Of a stretch of 64,000 nt of DNA, positions 47,034-56,114 are shown in pieces. A program made the translations under genes and the position numbers. This stretch comes from Clostridia bacterium. GTDB lineage: Bacteria > Bacillota > Clostridia > CAKSNL01 > HGM11501. Where the stretch lies: contig JAZQAZ010000015.1 of assembly GCA_045545475.1 (NCBI GenBank), positions 32,001 to 96,000 on the forward strand, read 5' to 3'. How positions within the stretch are numbered: position 1 is the first letter of the stretch; every line of letters begins with the position of its first letter. A model generated the notes under the pieces. It saw only the letters and a program-made list of their open reading frames with translations, searched no databases and was not told where the DNA came from.

Positions 47034-48455
47034 TCACCTTAACGAATCTTCTTTGTCGCACTCCAACAGCATCAGCATTGTAAGCTCAAGTGCTTCGAGC
47101 ATTCCGTCAATGCTGATGCATTCATCAGGCTGATGCACTCCGCCGTGACCTTGGGTTAGACCGTTTGGTATACCTCCGCGGAGTGTAGTTCCTATTTCGG
47201 CAGCACAAGGCAGATGCATTGCGTAGGTTCCGCCTGCATTAATATACATTTGGGCTTTTTCATTTCCCGTGTATTTTTTATATGTATTAAGACAAGTCTG
47301 AAGATACGGATTGTTCTCATCAACTATATGTGCGTTCACAGCTCTAACAAATTCAGCCTTCCAGTTTTTATTTTTAAGTGTATTTACAATTTTCTCCTGC
47401 ATAACGCTTATATCGGCACATTTCCCAAAACGCACATCAAAGGATAATGAAATTTTCCCGTCATTTACTTTTATCATTCCATTGGTACAGGTAAGCTTTC
47501 CGAATTGGTCATCTTCACAGTCAATTCCAAAAGGCGCACCGTAATAATTTGATAATAAATCCCGGACAAACTTCATCTGCTTTCGGTCATTTTCGTTTAA
47601 TCCTTCGCAGGAAGATAGTAATTCAGCCAAAATATATCCTGCATTAAGCGACCCATCCGGTAATGCACCGTGTTTTGAAATACCCTCTGCAGCAATGATA
47701 ATTTCACCATTTTCTACGCTTATATTTATTCGTTCTGTTTTGCTCTTTTTTAAGCTTTCAAGCAGTATATCACTATATTTCAGTCTCGCCGTTGCCTTGC
47801 CTAAAATAATATTAAAGCTTTCGCCGCCGTTAAAATCTGTGATTTGTTCAAAACTCTTGTCAGCTACGGCAAAAAAACGCATAATCCCCTTGTTGCCCCG
47901 ATAAAGCGGAAAAGTCGTGTCACAAACAAGCGAGAAATCAGGAGCTTTATGTTTTTTTCCATAGCTTAAAACATCCTCCATGCCCGATTCTTCATTTGCA
48001 CCCGTAAAGCATACAAGTCGAGAATTGAACGGAATATCAAGTTCCTTTAACATTTTCATACAGAAAAGAGAAATAACAATCGCAGATTTGTCATCTAAAA
48101 CACCTCTGCCAATTAAACAGCCATCCTTTTCAACAGGTTCAAAAGGGCTTGTTAAAGTCCAGTCGTCATATACCGGCACAACATCGGCATGGGCAAAAAG
48201 TCCAAGGCTTTTTGTCCCGTTGCCGCAATTTGACAGCAGATACCCGCCTTCTCTGTCATACTCTGTTTCAAATCCGTTTTCTCTGTACAGTTTTTCAGTA
48301 TATTCAAGTACATATGCACAAGCTTTTCCAAACGGAGCATCCGGTGTTGTTTCGCCTCTTACAGAAGGGATTCTGACAATTTCTTTCAAAAGTTCTACAA
48401 TTTCATCCTTGTTATTGATTATGTAGCTATGTATTTGTTCTTTGTAGCTTAACAT
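47034..48455 (-). CDS. M20 family (PepV/Sapep-like) metallo-amidohydrolase
   Basis: AHADVVP, GRGVLDDK, GANEESG, FPLYRG.KG, GGTYA, GGVHQPDE; overlaps the GRE stop by 7 nt. Confidence 0.88.
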   Translation of the reverse strand: MLSYKEQIHSYIINNKDEIVELLKEIVRIPSVRGETTPDAPFGKACAYVLEYTEKLYRENGFETEYDREGGYLLSNCGNGTKSLGLFAHADVVPVYDDWTLTSPFEPVEKDGCLIGRGVLDDKSAIVISLFCMKMLKELDIPFNSRLVCFTGANEESGMEDVLSYGKKHKAPDFSLVCDTTFPLYRGNKGIMRFFAVADKSFEQITDFNGGESFNIILGKATARLKYSDILLESLKKSKTERINISVENGEIIIAAEGISKHGALPDGSLNAGYILAELLSSCEGLNENDRKQMKFVRDLLSNYYGAPFGIDCEDDQFGKLTCTNGMIKVNDGKISLSFDVRFGKCADISVMQEKIVNTLKNKNWKAEFVRAVNAHIVDENNPYLQTCLNTYKKYTGNEKAQMYINAGGTYAMHLPCAAEIGTTLRGGIPNGLTQGHGGVHQPDECISIDGMLEALELTMLMLLECDKEDSLR

Positions 48456-50572
48456 TTGTGTGCTGTCCTTTCTATAATTTCATCCTGAATTACATCGCCA
48501 AGCTTTACAAAATAATCGGAGAAGCCCGATACTCTGACACGTAGATTACTATAATTGTCGGGCGTTTCTTTTGCTTTAATCAAATCTTCCTTTGATACAT
48601 AGGTGAGCTGAAAATGAACGCCGCCGTTTTTGAAATATGTTTCAAGCATATCAACGGTTTTTTCAAAATTATCATCATTTTTTATAAGCTGTTCATCAAG
48701 CATCAAGTTTGTTACCGTAGCACCGCATCCGATTCCGCTTGGGTCCACCTTGGCAACGGAATTGAGCAATGCAGTAAGGCCGTTTCTGTCCCTTCCTTCG
48801 CTCTGACCAAGTCCGAATTGCAAATCGTCGCCCTTAAATCTTCCGTCAGGCGTTGCATCCGTTTTCATACCATACCTTCTGCCGTAAGGATTGTATCCCA
48901 TAAGGTCGCCCACCAGCCAATGATAGCCGAAAAGGTTTGTCTTGTCTTTTAAGAACTCATACAAGCTTTGGTACAGCTTCCTTGCAACATAGTTTGAACG
49001 CTCAGTATCGTTTCCGAAAAAATCGCCCTTTTTAAGGATAATTGCCCGAAGCTCAGCATAGCCCTGCCAGTTATTTTTCAAGGCATCAATAAGCTCTGCC
49101 ATAGTTATAATTTTTTCATCAAATACAAATTGCTTTACTATTATAAGCGAGTCTATAACATTTGTTATTCCGATATACATGGGCGATGCAATAACCGTAT
49201 CCCCTGCACCCTGAGTTAAGCTTTTTCCCTTTTCTATGCATCCGTTAAAGAAAAGGCTTGAAAGATAATTGATATCCTTTGCACGGATGCTGTTATATTT
49301 ATTGTCATATTCATAGCCAATTTCAAGGTCCGCTTTCATTTCTTCAAGAAAGGCAGAATAAAAATCCTCAAAGCTTTCGGCATTTATAATTTTCTCACTT
49401 TTCTTGTGAAAAAGTGTTTCAACAGAGCGGGCAAAATTTATTTTGGAGTTACTTCCCGAAATTGCACCGAGAAAAGCAGGCTCGTTGCACCCTACGGTTG
49501 TATATCCTACCGCCTTTTCAAAGGGGAATCCGCAAATTTCGGTATAGCATTTTATGCGCTTTTCATCATTCTGGAAAGCAATTCTTTTATGTGGGTCTTT
49601 CCTTTCCATATCAAGAGCGTACTTAAAAACCTCGTGGGGAGTTTTCTTCGTCCATCTCAAAGTTACCTGCGGAATATATGTGGGAAGCTCGGTCATACTT
49701 TCAATAATCAGCTTGGATAACTCGGTAAATCCGTCTTCTCCGTTCGGAAGATAACCGCCTACGCAAAAATGTGATTCTCCCCCTCGCGTGAAATTGCGGG
49801 AATCCTTACGCGTTGCCGCCTGAAGCATTAAAAAAAGCTCCTGAAGATACATTTTCGCATCATCTTTCGTTATAACCCCTTTTTTAATATCCTCTTCGTA
49901 GAAGGGATAAAGATATCTATCAAGGGTTCCCACGCTGTCCGGATCCGCCGCAAAGCAGATATAAATAGTCAAAACCGCCTCATAAAATGACGAAGGCTTG
50001 TTTTCGGGAACATTTAATAGTGCCTTTGAAAGCTTCATAAGATTTTCTTTATACTCTTCCTTTTCAACGGTTTTTGAAAGCTCCAATGCTCTTTCAGAGC
50101 ACTTATGCGCCCATTTTATATAGACAAGTGCAACCTTTCTTATAGCTCTTAAAAATTCAGTTTCTTCTTTTTCGGTGTGTATTTTAAGTGAATCGTCAAT
50201 TTCTCCGATAATTCCCGAAATTCCTTTTTCCAAAACCTTTTTATAGTCAGCCGTGGCGTGCTGCCACTCCATTGTAGAAAGATTATCCACATCTTTGCCG
50301 TAAAAGCCCTGAAGCAATTCTCCAAAACCTTTATGTCCTCCTCTGCGGAAGGCATCTCCTACAACCGAGCCGTCGCAATTAAAAAAGCCTGTCATCAAAG
50401 AGTAGGGCGTAAGCACAGGCTCCTGGTTAAGGATAAATTCGCAAAGCCTTTTTGACTCCATTTCCTCTCTTCCCAAAAACACATCTTCTCTGTCAAACTC
50501 TGTTGCCTTCGGATGGGCATACATTTCTCCTGCAAGGGTTAATTCAAGTAATGCTTTTATTCTTTCTCTCAT
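48449..50572 (-). CDS. Glycyl-radical enzyme of unassigned class (non-PFL)
   Basis: Cys loop VGCNEP; ATPDGR; C-terminal Gly loop LRVRVSGFSDYF; only 707 aa. Confidence 0.92.
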   Translation of the reverse strand: MRERIKALLELTLAGEMYAHPKATEFDREDVFLGREEMESKRLCEFILNQEPVLTPYSLMTGFFNCDGSVVGDAFRRGGHKGFGELLQGFYGKDVDNLSTMEWQHATADYKKVLEKGISGIIGEIDDSLKIHTEKEETEFLRAIRKVALVYIKWAHKCSERALELSKTVEKEEYKENLMKLSKALLNVPENKPSSFYEAVLTIYICFAADPDSVGTLDRYLYPFYEEDIKKGVITKDDAKMYLQELFLMLQAATRKDSRNFTRGGESHFCVGGYLPNGEDGFTELSKLIIESMTELPTYIPQVTLRWTKKTPHEVFKYALDMERKDPHKRIAFQNDEKRIKCYTEICGFPFEKAVGYTTVGCNEPAFLGAISGSNSKINFARSVETLFHKKSEKIINAESFEDFYSAFLEEMKADLEIGYEYDNKYNSIRAKDINYLSSLFFNGCIEKGKSLTQGAGDTVIASPMYIGITNVIDSLIIVKQFVFDEKIITMAELIDALKNNWQGYAELRAIILKKGDFFGNDTERSNYVARKLYQSLYEFLKDKTNLFGYHWLVGDLMGYNPYGRRYGMKTDATPDGRFKGDDLQFGLGQSEGRDRNGLTALLNSVAKVDPSGIGCGATVTNLMLDEQLIKNDDNFEKTVDMLETYFKNGGVHFQLTYVSKEDLIKAKETPDNYSNLRVRVSGFSDYFVKLGDVIQDEIIERTAHKC

Positions 50573-50669
50573 AAAAAGACCTCCTACCTATGGATATTGT
50601 AATTATACTTACAAACGCAACTCATTAAAATGCACCAATAATATCATTTGCACTTTTCGACACTGTTTT

Positions 50670-51500
50670 GTGTTGACAAATGCAAATAATTATAGTATCA
50701 TCGTAGCGGGTGATGCTATGAATACTGATTTTAATATAACTAAAATCCATACAGCAATTTTTGTAAACAAATATGACCATCCGAATGCAAGGTTGAATTT
50801 CCCTGGAAACCTCAAATATAACGAACTCATATATCATATCAGCGGAGAAGCAACGGTGCATTTCAACGGTAAAACCTTAGAGACAAAGAAAAACACCATC
50901 CGCTTTTTGCCTAAGGGTGAAAACAAAGGATATGTTGTTGAAAAGAAAGAATTCGGCGAATGCATAGATATATTTTTCGACACAGATTTACCCGTATCCG
51001 ATGAAGCATTTACAATAGATATGGCTGAAAATACCACCGTCGGAAATTTATTTAACAAGTTTTTTACTACCTGGATTTCAAAAAACGACGGATATAGATT
51101 TGAATGCCTCTCAATTTTATACAAAATTTTCGCACAGATGCAAAGCAAAAATTATATTCCTCAAAACCAATATGATAAAATAAAGCCTGCTATCACATAT
51201 ATTGAGGAAAATTTCCACAAAGAGAAAATCAGCATTGCTTCTTTGGCTGAAAAATGCAAAATAAGCGAGACTTATTTTAAAAAGCTTTTCATAAAGAAAC
51301 TTTCGATGCCGCCGTCTAAATATATTATTCAGATGAAAATTAACTTTGCAACAGAGCTTCTTCGCTCAGGATTATATTCAATTACGCAGATTGCCGATAT
51401 GTGCGGATATGAAACTCCCTACTTTTTCAGCCGTCAGTTTAAGGAGTATGTGGGCTTGTCCCCTACCGATTTTGCAGAAAAATTCAAAGTTTCAAAATAA
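50670..51500 (+). CDS. AraC-family regulator divergent from the GRE operon
   Basis: LAEKCKISETYFKKLF; IADMCGYETPYFFSRQFKEYVGLSP; true start probably the second Met. Confidence 0.92.
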   Translation: MLTNANNYSIIVAGDAMNTDFNITKIHTAIFVNKYDHPNARLNFPGNLKYNELIYHISGEATVHFNGKTLETKKNTIRFLPKGENKGYVVEKKEFGECIDIFFDTDLPVSDEAFTIDMAENTTVGNLFNKFFTTWISKNDGYRFECLSILYKIFAQMQSKNYIPQNQYDKIKPAITYIEENFHKEKISIASLAEKCKISETYFKKLFIKKLSMPPSKYIIQMKINFATELLRSGLYSITQIADMCGYETPYFFSRQFKEYVGLSPTDFAEKFKVSK

Positions 51501-51502
51501 CA

Positions 51503-51542
51503 AAAAACCTCCTGGTCAGAAACTTCTGACCAAGAGGTTTTT
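51503..51542. terminator. Bidirectional terminator
   Basis: AAAAACCTCCTGGTCAGAA / TTCTGACCAAGAGGTTTTT. Confidence 0.75.
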
Positions 51543-51543
51543 A

Positions 51544-53340
51544 TCATATGTATTGTATGAAGGTAACCCACTTTCCGCAGCCGCCGACAGAGCCGATTTC
51601 GATAAATGCTTCCGCTTCTTTATCGTTATCAAAGTAAAATTCAAATTTATTTTCTCCTCTTTCGGGAGTGAAAATGCTGCAGCAGCCTCTGTGAAAAGCG
51701 GGAACATATTCTAATCCCGCTGCCCTTTCGTGGATTTTTTCTCCGTTGAAGAAGGTATCAAACTTTGCTTTTCCGTTGTGGGAAATTTTTAAGGCCCTTC
51801 CCCCTACCGCAGGAATGAAATCAAGGGTATAGCGGTATTTTCCCTTCGGCACGGTAAAGTAAGCAAAGGGCGTTTCAACATCGTACTTTTCGCCCGTTTC
51901 AAGATTTTCAACGTGATAAACTTTTGCATCGGGGAAGCCGAAGGAAGCATCCCAATTTAAGCCGTTTACCGAAAACATTACATTTACGGTGTTAACCGGC
52001 ACTCTCTTTTTAGCTATGAGTTTTTTTACATTGAAGGCATATTCTGCCTTATCGCCCGGCGCAAGGTCAAGATTGAAGGAAGAAGGTTTTATAATTACAT
52101 TCTGAGATGCACCGAGTGTAAATGTTCCCTTCATTTCAGTCTTTGTTCTGTTTTCTATTTTTATCTTGAAGTTATTTTCCTTTTCATAGCAATATGCCAC
52201 AGTTTCGGGATATACCACACTCACGGTAAGAGGAGTTTCCGCTATAAGTGCCTCTGTAAGTTCATAATCCTTATCGATATGTCCGCTTAATCTGGGCGGT
52301 GCCATATTGTATGTTTTTCTGTCTTTTGGAAAGTTTTCAAATTTCACATCGGAATTATAATATTCCATAACCTTTTCAGCGACAAATGCCACCTCGTCAC
52401 AAAAATCCCCGATTGTAGCAGATTCTGTCACGTTTATCATATTGTAAGAAAGTAAGAGTTCATCTCCGATAGGTTTTGTCCACTTTTCAGAAATTCCTTC
52501 GGGATTAAGTATTCCCACAATAGAACCTACCGTTGCCGCAGTGCAGTCCGCATCGTGACCTAAATTTGTAGCGGTGCAGATAGCCGTGTCAAAATCGCCT
52601 TTTGAATGAAGAAGTGCCGTTAAGATAAAGGACACATTTATTGTTACATCCGTCCAGTTTTCCGAGCTGTAGTTTTCAAGTATTCTGCTTCGAACCTCAA
52701 CCGGGTCCTTTGTTTCATTGTACCATTTAACGGCATCACGGAAGGCTTTGCTCATTTTTGCATCTTCCGGAATGTAGGAAATTGCCTTGTCGATCATTTT
52801 TTCAACATCGGTTTCGGTAAACGCCATACTTTCAAGGGCGGCAAGAAACATAATGGCGTGAATTCCGTCATCTGCGTGGTCGGTGCATCCGTCCTCAATT
52901 GAAAGCTTAACCGCAAGGTCGGGATTTCCCGGTGCCAGGCACGCCCAGAGTTCACTTCTTATTGCCGCACCCATACCGCCGTGAAATTTATTGTTGTATC
53001 TGCCTGACAATGGGGCATAAATCTTTTTCTGATAGTTTCCTTCGGCAACGCCGTATTCGTCGGGCAGGGTTTCCTGATTGTAAAGCCTCCAGGTATCGCC
53101 CATATTAAATCTGCTTACGGGAAGTCCCGTTCTCATAATTATTTCAAGGGCTGAAACCTGCAAATCAAGATCGTCATTCGGTATCATTGTATCGGGAACG
53201 GGATCGTAATATGTCACATTATTGACCCGGCACCTTCCCTCAAATGGCATACCGAGTGTTCCGCCCACGGACTTACCTATAAAACATCCCTTAAGCTTTT
53301 TTCTGTATACGCCATAATCAAGTTCTTTCATCAAAATCAC
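51544..53340 (-). CDS. ADP-ribosylglycohydrolase (DraG/ARH) family protein with C-terminal beta-sandwich extension
   Basis: GKSVGGTLGMPFE, PNDDLD, MGAAIRSELWA, GHDADCTAATVGS; about 270 extra C-terminal residues. Confidence 0.85.
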   Translation of the reverse strand: MILMKELDYGVYRKKLKGCFIGKSVGGTLGMPFEGRCRVNNVTYYDPVPDTMIPNDDLDLQVSALEIIMRTGLPVSRFNMGDTWRLYNQETLPDEYGVAEGNYQKKIYAPLSGRYNNKFHGGMGAAIRSELWACLAPGNPDLAVKLSIEDGCTDHADDGIHAIMFLAALESMAFTETDVEKMIDKAISYIPEDAKMSKAFRDAVKWYNETKDPVEVRSRILENYSSENWTDVTINVSFILTALLHSKGDFDTAICTATNLGHDADCTAATVGSIVGILNPEGISEKWTKPIGDELLLSYNMINVTESATIGDFCDEVAFVAEKVMEYYNSDVKFENFPKDRKTYNMAPPRLSGHIDKDYELTEALIAETPLTVSVVYPETVAYCYEKENNFKIKIENRTKTEMKGTFTLGASQNVIIKPSSFNLDLAPGDKAEYAFNVKKLIAKKRVPVNTVNVMFSVNGLNWDASFGFPDAKVYHVENLETGEKYDVETPFAYFTVPKGKYRYTLDFIPAVGGRALKISHNGKAKFDTFFNGEKIHERAAGLEYVPAFHRGCCSIFTPERGENKFEFYFDNDKEAEAFIEIGSVGGCGKWVTFIQYI

Positions 53341-53454
53341 TCCTTTTACTTTATTTTATCGTACATTACAGATTTTGTAAATGATATTTAACGGCAACAT
53401 AAGTTGACTTTTATTGACATTTCTGCTAAAATTACTTCAAAGAGGTGATTTTTA

Positions 53455-54372
53455 ATGGCAGAAGAGAAAAACTTTACAGGCGGATTTGTTGACGGGAAAT
53501 ACTTTGTCAGAATCGGACGATACAGTAAAAACCTTTTCAGAAACGTTGCCTATACCTATCACCCTTCGGGGTATCTTCACTCCTATCACACCCACGATTT
53601 TTACGAAATGAATTATGTACTTAAAGGAAAATGCGTAAACTATGTAAGCGGTGAAAACCTTGAAATGAACGAAGGCGATGCAATTTTAATGCACCCGGGC
53701 ACCTTTCATTCGGTTTATGCCGAAAACGATTCTCTTGTTGTAAACTTTTTAATACGCAGTGAATTCCTTCTTTCCAATATGTCCTCATTAAATTCCGACT
53801 TTCCTTTCGGGAAATTTATTGATGCTTCAAAAAAGGACGACTACTACAGATATATTCTTTTTACCGATGGCGAAACAAGCACCGACCTTTGCAAAAAGCT
53901 TATAGAGCAGATTGAAAAGGATGCTTCAGGCACGGCAGAAGGTTTTTTAAGAGAAGAGGCACTTTTTCTTCTCCTTGCATCTGACCTTGCGACGAAGAAA
54001 ACCAATCAGATACTCTCAGAGCAGAAGGGCAGAGAATCAGAAAAGCTTCACGAGGCCATGATGTTTTATGCCTACGAGCACTATAACACCATAACCCTTG
54101 AGGCACTTTCAGAAAAATTCGGTTATTCCAAAAGCCACGTGTGTCGCATATTCCGCCATTATACGGGAACCACCTTCCACGAAATATTAACCGATGTAAA
54201 GCTATCTTATGCCTGCACCTATCTCAGAGAATCGGATTTATCCGTTCAGACAGTCGCACAAAAGGTTGGCTTTCAGAGCATTGAACATTTTCACCGACTA
54301 TTTAAAAATAGGTTTTCGATTTCTCCGCTTAAATATAGGTCCTCTCCTGAAAACATTGCCCGTAATATGTAA
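53455..54372 (+). CDS. AraC-family regulator
   Basis: HTHDFYEMNYV cupin; VAQKVGFQSIEHFHRLFKNRFSISPLKYR. Confidence 0.92.
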   Translation: MAEEKNFTGGFVDGKYFVRIGRYSKNLFRNVAYTYHPSGYLHSYHTHDFYEMNYVLKGKCVNYVSGENLEMNEGDAILMHPGTFHSVYAENDSLVVNFLIRSEFLLSNMSSLNSDFPFGKFIDASKKDDYYRYILFTDGETSTDLCKKLIEQIEKDASGTAEGFLREEALFLLLASDLATKKTNQILSEQKGRESEKLHEAMMFYAYEHYNTITLEALSEKFGYSKSHVCRIFRHYTGTTFHEILTDVKLSYACTYLRESDLSVQTVAQKVGFQSIEHFHRLFKNRFSISPLKYRSSPENIARNM

Positions 54373-54405
54373 AAAAGGTTGCTTAAGTTTCCTTAAGCAA
54401 CCTTT
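54370..54405. terminator. Bidirectional terminator
   Basis: AAAAGGTTGCTTAAG / CTTAAGCAACCTTTT. Confidence 0.8.
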
Positions 54406-54407
54406 TA

Positions 54408-54677
54408 TTATTCAGCGTCCTTGCTCTTGATTTTACTTAAGAGCGATGTAACTATAATGATTACGCCGATTACGACGAATATACCAAGCATTCCGAGTCC
54501 CATATAGCTTAAGTTGTCAACGAAAGCACCGGGATTAAACTTAAATTCTGCTTCGCTCGTTTCTACTGTGGCTTCCGTAGCTGTAACTTCGGTATTTTCT
54601 AAAACTTCGCCTTCAATTTCAAGAATTACTTCTTCTGTCTCTGTTTCTAAAACTTCTGTTTCAATAACTTCGTTCAT
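54408..54677 (-). CDS. OadG-like single-pass small subunit with acidic N-terminus
   Basis: MGLGMLGIFVVIGVIIIV transmembrane segment resembles OadG; 14 bp downstream of oadB, with a GGAGG RBS. Confidence 0.7.
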   Translation of the reverse strand: MNEVIETEVLETETEEVILEIEGEVLENTEVTATEATVETSEAEFKFNPGAFVDNLSYMGLGMLGIFVVIGVIIIVTSLLSKIKSKDAE

Positions 54678-54691
54678 TTAAGTACCCTCCC

Positions 54692-55831
54692 TTACTTCAA
54701 AAAGAAATTAAGAATAAGACCGCCTGCGATAACCGATGCAATCTGTCCCGATACGTTTACACCGATAGAGTGCATTAAAAGGAAGTTCTGAGGATCTTCC
54801 GCAAGGCCCATCTTGTGAACGATTCTTCCTGACATGGGGAATGCAGAAATACCTGCCGCACCGATCATGGGGTTTATCTTTTTCTTTAAGAAAAGGTTTA
54901 AGAATTTTGCAAAAAGCACGCCGCCTGCAGTATCAAAGATAAATGCGATAAGACCAAGGCCTAAGATTAAAAGGGTCTGAGGCTGTAAGAACTTATCAGC
55001 CTGCATCTGTGTTGCAATTGTGATACCAAGGAAAATTGTAACAAGGTTAGCTAAAACCTTCTGGGCAGTGTCGGAAAGTGAATCAAGTACTCCGCACTCT
55101 CTGATTAAGTTACCGAACATTAAAAAGCCGACTAAGCTTGCTGCAGCAGGAGCTATTATTGATGCTATCAAAGTAATTACAATGGGAAAAAGAATCTTTG
55201 TAAGCTTGGATACGCTCTTTCCCTGATATTCCATGCGGATTAATCTTTCTTTTTTGGTTGTTAAAAGCTTGATTACAGGGGGCTGAATAATGGGAACCAG
55301 TGCCATATAAGAATATGCCGCAACCATTATTGCACCGGTATATTCTGATTTTAATTTCTGTGCAACAACTATTGATGTGGGTCCGTCAGCCGCACCGATT
55401 ATCGCAATGGATGCCGCATCGTTTATTTCAAAGAACATTGATGCCATACAAAGGGTAAAGAAAATACCAAACTGTGCAGCAGCACCGAAAATCATAAGCT
55501 TCGGGTTTGATAAAAGGGGGCCGAAGTCAATCATCGCACCGATACCGATAAAGAGTATCAACGGGAAAAGCTCGTTTGCAATACCTGCGTTATAAAGCGT
55601 GCTTAAGGCACCTATTTCTTCTTCTCCGTTTTCCAGAATCTGCGTTACCGCACCGGACATGGGGATGTTTACCAAAATTGCACCAAAGCCCATGGGGAGA
55701 AGAAGCGTAGGCTCCATATCCTTCTTTATGGCAAGGTAGATTAAAATTCCGCCGATAATCCACATTACGATAAGACGCCAGTCACTTAACCCTTTGACAT
55801 TTTCAAAAATGCCTAAAATTTTGTCTAACAT
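54692..55831 (-). CDS. oadB: Na+-translocating decarboxylase beta subunit
   Basis: EPTLLLPMGFG, FIGIGAMIDF, GAAAQFGIF, IIGAADGPT, AAYSYMALVPIIQPP, GAAGISAFPMSGR, NVSGQI. Confidence 0.93.
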   Translation of the reverse strand: MLDKILGIFENVKGLSDWRLIVMWIIGGILIYLAIKKDMEPTLLLPMGFGAILVNIPMSGAVTQILENGEEEIGALSTLYNAGIANELFPLILFIGIGAMIDFGPLLSNPKLMIFGAAAQFGIFFTLCMASMFFEINDAASIAIIGAADGPTSIVVAQKLKSEYTGAIMVAAYSYMALVPIIQPPVIKLLTTKKERLIRMEYQGKSVSKLTKILFPIVITLIASIIAPAAASLVGFLMFGNLIRECGVLDSLSDTAQKVLANLVTIFLGITIATQMQADKFLQPQTLLILGLGLIAFIFDTAGGVLFAKFLNLFLKKKINPMIGAAGISAFPMSGRIVHKMGLAEDPQNFLLMHSIGVNVSGQIASVIAGGLILNFFLK

Positions 55832-55846
55832 AATATCCTCCTTTGC

Positions 55847-55935
55847 AAAATAAAAGACAGACTTTCGCCTGTCAGACCAATTTCCGGCAAACAGAAATTA
55901 CTTTCTGTGACAGACTCCCCCACTTGCCGGAAGCT
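55847..55935 (-). ncRNA. Candidate riboswitch / attenuator in the oadB 5' UTR
   Basis: Stem UUCCGGCAA/UUGCCGGAA with inner ACAGAAA/UUUCUGU. Downstream terminator GACAGGC-GAAA-GUCUGUC-UUUUAUUUU. The aptamer segment GUCUGUCA is complementary to the terminator 5' arm. Confidence 0.65.
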
Positions 55936-55952
55936 ATTAAACCAACTTCGCT

Positions 55953-55981
55953 ATTATACAACATTTCCCTGAAATTGTCAA
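55953..55981 (-). promoter_or_regulatory. Consensus sigma-A promoter for oadB
   Basis: TTGACA-17 nt-TATAAT. Confidence 0.85.
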
Positions 55982-56006
55982 CAATATAATAATGTATATT
56001 TTAATC

Positions 56007-56034
56007 TTGACAAGCCCCTTTTGATGATTATACT
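56007..56034 (+). promoter_or_regulatory. Probable sigma-A promoter for the 56115 gene
   Basis: TTGACA-16 nt-TATACT. Confidence 0.55.
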
Positions 56035-56114
56035 ATGTTTTGTGGTGAGAAATTTATATAAATATATAATTTTCTTTGATAAAATATAGTAAATCAAAAA
56101 GAGAGGTGTTTTTT

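Noticed and set aside
48449-50572. Annotation as pyruvate formate-lyase or CutC
   Set aside because: It lacks the PFL Cys-Cys pair, is much shorter than CutC, and has no microcompartment genes nearby.
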